Source: Patescibacteria group bacterium
GTDB taxonomy: Bacteria > Patescibacteriota > Minisyncoccia > Phycocordibacterales > JBHPGB01
Length of the DNA stretch: 64,000 nucleotides
Assembly (NCBI GenBank): GCA_042571085.1
Contig: JBHPGB010000003.1
Location: forward strand, 6,261-70,260
Reading direction: 5' to 3'
Part shown: positions 60,522-64,000 of the stretch, piece by piece
Numbering within the stretch: the first letter of the stretch is position 1
Layout: each line of letters opens with the position of its first letter
Notes under the pieces: generated by a model
Told to the model about the DNA's origin: nothing
The model's database searches: none
The model's input: the letters and a program-made list of their open reading frames with translations, nothing else
Made by a program: the position numbers and the translations under genes

Positions 60522-60609
60522 TACTCAACTATGTTGATCAAAAACCCCTCTCACGAAATGTGGGTGGGGCTTTTTCTTTTTTGGATAAGCAACATGTTAT
60601 AATACACTC

Positions 60610-60718
60610 ATGCATCCCGTTAGAAATTTTTGTTTCTTTCTACTCCATCAAGATTTACCATTGGGTTTAACGGGTTCACTTATTAAAAAATTATAAATAT
60701 AAAATTTCTAACGGGATG
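60610..60718 (+). mobile_element. Start-codon-inserted element, copy 5 (divergent interior; BASS gene)
   Basis: Perfect 18-bp IR CATCCCGTTAGAAATTTT / AAAATTTCTAACGGGATG; outer ATG 6 nt after TATAAT. Confidence 0.8.
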
Positions 60719-61648
60719 AAAATTTTAAAAACAATTAGAAAATTTACTGAAAATCATTTCATTATTGTTGGCTTGGCTTTAGTACTCGGTGTTTTATATG
60801 GAAACTATTTAGCTCAATATGCATATTTGAGTACCACATTACTTGCGGCTATTTTCTTTTTGAGTTCACTTAAGATTGATTTGAAGAAAGTGAGACAGTA
60901 TTTAGGAGATAAATTAGTGCTTGCTATAGTAAACATATTCATGCTTTTTATTTTGCCTGTTGCTGTTTATTACGTAACAAATGCAATATATCCGACACTT
61001 GCAATCGCATTTCTTTTGCTTGCAGCAATGCCAGCGGGAATGACAGCACCACTTCTTGCAGAGATTAGTGGAGGTAAACAAAGCTTAGCTCTTGTGCTGA
61101 CAGTTACAACTTCACTCTTAGCACCAATTACTGCACCATTCATAATTAAAACAGTTGCCGGTGCGCAAGTTGATGTAAGTTTTTGGGCAATGTTTACCAC
61201 TTTGGCTATTGTGATTTACATTCCATTTATTTTTGCTCAGATTATCAAACGATTTTGGCAGCGTGCAATTGATAAAGTCGCGATTTCATTCAAACCAATT
61301 TCTGTAATTTTGCTCGGACTTTTAATTATGGTTGTAATTGCAAAACAATCCGACGCAATTATAGATGGATTCAAAAACGGCGATGAATCAATAATATATC
61401 TTGTCGCCCTATTTATTTTCTTTTTGATACTACATGTTCTCGGCCACATAACTTCCTTTTGGAAAAAAAGAGACGAACGCATCACGATCACCGTGTGCCT
61501 CACATATATGAACTTCACACTTGCTATAGAATTGGCCAATAAATTCTTCACAGAGCCTAATATTGTAATACCGGTCGTGTTCTCAGTGATACCGTGGGCG
61601 ATTATGCTTATTCCATATAAACGCATCATGCAAAAAAAGACCAGTTAA
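60716..61648 (+). CDS. Bile acid:sodium symporter (BASS) family transporter
   Basis: About 10 TMs; AAMPAG..A, GG...LAL.LT motifs. Confidence 0.85.
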   Translation: MKILKTIRKFTENHFIIVGLALVLGVLYGNYLAQYAYLSTTLLAAIFFLSSLKIDLKKVRQYLGDKLVLAIVNIFMLFILPVAVYYVTNAIYPTLAIAFLLLAAMPAGMTAPLLAEISGGKQSLALVLTVTTSLLAPITAPFIIKTVAGAQVDVSFWAMFTTLAIVIYIPFIFAQIIKRFWQRAIDKVAISFKPISVILLGLLIMVVIAKQSDAIIDGFKNGDESIIYLVALFIFFLILHVLGHITSFWKKRDERITITVCLTYMNFTLAIELANKFFTEPNIVIPVVFSVIPWAIMLIPYKRIMQKKTS

Positions 61649-61779
61649 CATTTGTTGGTATTATAATCAAACGTACTTTTCCCTGTATCTGACAATATAT
61701 TTTTTGAAAAATTCTCTTACAAAGATTTGGGTTATCCACAGTCCCAAGACCGTCTTGGGAAACCCTTGTTTTTCAACGT

Positions 61780-61812
61780 AAAATACGGCTCAACTGGGTT
61801 GAGCCGTATTTT
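61780..61812. repeat. GGCTCAAC-family palindrome, copy 4 (terminator)
   Basis: AAAATACGGCTCAAC-TGG-GTTGAGCCGTATTTT. Confidence 0.7.
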
Positions 61813-61820
61813 ATTTGTTT

Positions 61821-62405
61821 TTATTTCCCCTTTTTACCTAATCCGTACACCTTTTTCTTCCAATAATCTAGTCGTTCTTTTGGCAATTTCTCTACAGGGC
61901 CGAATTTGTATACATATATTGGTGATATTCCAGCAAAGCCCAAAATACTTTTTCGTAGTGCCCTACTACTATCTCCAAATAGTAATCTTGCTTGCCACGG
62001 AGTAGTATTTAAAGTAACAAAGATTGAAGCAGACCGGTCTTTCAAAAGTTTTCTCCAACCAGAACCATCTTTTTTGAATTTAAAAGCAAAGCCAGGTAAA
62101 AACATTCTTTCCCACATACCTTTAAATATTGCCGGCATACCTCCCCACCAATTTGGGTAAAAAATTGCAATGTGATTAGCCCATTTAATTAAATTTTGCA
62201 AACGCAATAGATCTGGCTCTAGTTCCTGAATAATTTTATAGCCATGATGCAAAATTGGATCAAATTGCATTTCAGAAACATTTATCCTTTTTACATTGTG
62301 TCCAGCATCCCTAGCTCCCTTTTCATATTTATCAGCAAGAGCCCCATAGTATGTGGAGCTATCGCCTTGACCGAGAATTATTAATACGTTTTTACTTTTA
62401 TTCAT
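61821..62405 (-). CDS. Flavodoxin-like NAD(P)H oxidoreductase
   Basis: FDPIL, LEPDL, YPNWWGGMPA..KG..ER.F.PGFAF. Confidence 0.88.
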   Translation of the reverse strand: MNKSKNVLIILGQGDSSTYYGALADKYEKGARDAGHNVKRINVSEMQFDPILHHGYKIIQELEPDLLRLQNLIKWANHIAIFYPNWWGGMPAIFKGMWERMFLPGFAFKFKKDGSGWRKLLKDRSASIFVTLNTTPWQARLLFGDSSRALRKSILGFAGISPIYVYKFGPVEKLPKERLDYWKKKVYGLGKKGK

Positions 62406-62668
62406 AATATTTTTTTATCCTTATAGTACAAGGACAGACCAAGTACGAGCCACGAACCTATAATACCGACGATAAAACTTAATATGATCGGCAAATCATT
62501 TATGTATACGCCATACAATGTCCATACGAATGTCCCGACACTAAATATTCCATAAGTGAATAGTGATACATCTCTAGCAGACTTTGTTTTCCATATTTTA
62601 TATGCCTGTGGAAAATAACCAACAGACATCAAAACTCCCATAAATGTAACAAATATTTCCAAATGCAT
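62402..62668 (-). CDS. SemiSWEET/PQ-loop transporter
   Basis: FPQAYKIWKTKSARDVS; three TMs. Confidence 0.88.
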   Translation of the reverse strand: MHLEIFVTFMGVLMSVGYFPQAYKIWKTKSARDVSLFTYGIFSVGTFVWTLYGVYINDLPIILSFIVGIIGSWLVLGLSLYYKDKKIL

Positions 62669-62681
62669 GATATTGATTTGT

Positions 62682-62903
62682 CTAAACTATCCCCTTGAGT
62701 TCATTTTGATATCTTCCCATCACCTCCATTGTAGCAGCCATTTGATCTTTCCCTTTCTTCATTTCTGCTTGAATTTCAACAGCTATTTTTTGAAAGAGTT
62801 CTGGATGCTCTGTCACGATTTTTAAAATTTTTTCTTGCTGGTCTTCCGGCACATCCTTTAGCTGGCTTTTAATCATCTTTTTAAGTAGTAGATTTTTTAA
62901 CAT
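62682..62903 (-). CDS. Small hypothetical protein
   Basis: 73-aa helical ORF in operon. Confidence 0.7.
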   Translation of the reverse strand: MLKNLLLKKMIKSQLKDVPEDQQEKILKIVTEHPELFQKIAVEIQAEMKKGKDQMAATMEVMGRYQNELKGIV

Positions 62904-62951
62904 GATATTTTAACTTACATAAACTTATTAAGTTTAAATATTGTACCATAA

Positions 62952-64000
62952 TTATGCTTGTTGGTCTGCATTCACTTTATTCAAATAAAACCCCTGTGAA
63001 ATTTTGTTTACTGCTATTGGTGTGATTATTGTTGTTACGATACTTAAAATAATTACTGCTGTGAGTAAAGAATCATCCACAATACCTATCTCAAAACCTG
63101 CAAAAATAGCAGCCAGAGTTGTTGAAAGCTGCGGTGTTAGTGCCATTCCAATTAGAAAACTGCTTCTTCTTTTAAATTTACAAATTCTTCCAGATATATA
63201 TCCTGTGAGAAGTTTCGTTATAAGTAGACCTGCGATTATTAAAGCAGTGATTGCGAGTGCCCCATGTGCTGTACCAAGTATTTCCATATTCATGCTTGCG
63301 CCTGCAATAATGAAAAAGGTTGGTATAAAAATTCCATAAGAAATTGCGTGCAACTTCTCTTTTATAATATCGCTTTTAATTGAGTCGGATAATACGAATC
63401 CTGCAAAGAACCCAGCAATAATTGCGTGTAGACCAAGTAATTCAAAAAGAATTACTGTACCCAGCATTACTGTAAAAATCAGCCGTGATTCTCTTTCAAA
63501 TACATCTCCTCTGTTTGATAAGTGCCGCAGAAATGTGTGCACCCATGGAATCATTTTTCGTAAAATTATAAGCGAAGCAAGTAGTAGTGCATAAAAAATC
63601 GGTAGTGGCAGCTCCGTGATTGGATTTATTGTTTGCAAGACGATTGACAAAAGAAGCAAGCTCAAAACATCTGTCACAAGAGCTGTTCCAATAATTGTTT
63701 TGCCAACATGGGTTGATAATAGATTATTTGCTGTTAGAGAAGGTATTACAACAGCCACCGAAGAAGAGATAAATATGATTCCCAGCAAAATGGCTGTCAT
63801 CATTTCATATTGGAAATAGTATGCGATACCAAATCCAATTGCAAAAGAAGCGACGGAGATTGTTGTGGCAATGATAGCAACTTTGAATCGTATCCCCTCC
63901 CATTTTGAGAGTTTTGTCTCAAGACCAGCCATAAACATCAAGAAAACAAGGCCTATTTCTCCTATAAAACGAATTGGCTCTGTGGTTGTGATCAAATCTG
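62952..64000 (-). CDS. Cation:proton antiporter (CPA2), truncated by window edge
   Basis: IGLVFLMFMAGLE, GFFAG, FIPTFF; multi-TM. Confidence 0.88.
   Translation of the reverse strand, partial: DLITTTEPIRFIGEIGLVFLMFMAGLETKLSKWEGIRFKVAIIATTISVASFAIGFGIAYYFQYEMMTAILLGIIFISSSVAVVIPSLTANNLLSTHVGKTIIGTALVTDVLSLLLLSIVLQTINPITELPLPIFYALLLASLIILRKMIPWVHTFLRHLSNRGDVFERESRLIFTVMLGTVILFELLGLHAIIAGFFAGFVLSDSIKSDIIKEKLHAISYGIFIPTFFIIAGASMNMEILGTAHGALAITALIIAGLLITKLLTGYISGRICKFKRRSSFLIGMALTPQLSTTLAAIFAGFEIGIVDDSLLTAVIILSIVTTIITPIAVNKISQGFYLNKVNADQQA

Noticed and set aside
3886-61740. DnaA boxes (3886, ~34866, ~37448, 61732) as oriC
   Set aside because: Isolated boxes; no dense cluster, unwinding element or dnaA/dnaN nearby
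1-64000. Alternative genetic code (TGA=Gly, code 25)
   Set aside because: Conserved genes are full-length under code 11 and several end in TGA

Overview
A 64-kb, AT-rich chromosomal segment dense in housekeeping genes. The gene set (split dcw cluster, short TruB, Zn-less GltX, sigma70-r4/HARE-HTH protein, YprB-like exonuclease, little biosynthesis) suggests a Patescibacteria/CPR (Parcubacteria-like) genome using code 11; this is an inference. It encodes cell-wall/division, translation, DNA-repair and transport genes, one tRNA-Glu and about a dozen small orphan genes. I saw no transposase, integrase, prophage or CRISPR. The interest is non-coding. (1) Five 106-175 bp inverted-repeat elements (ATGAA-TCCCGTTAGA...TCTAACGGG-ATGAA) each sit exactly at a start codon (murG, scpB, an MFS gene, leuS, a BASS gene); two carry an identical nested 55-bp hairpin. 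(2) Five copies of a ~65-80 nt two-hairpin small RNA gene each have their own sigma70 promoter and terminator and show covariation. (3) A ~190-nt 6S-like RNA candidate and a ~120-nt stand-alone transcript. (4) Core genes are leaderless or lack Shine-Dalgarno (SD) sites, whereas orphan single-gene cassettes are SD-led. (5) Several small palindromic repeat families. All calls were made by eye from the sequence; no searches were run.
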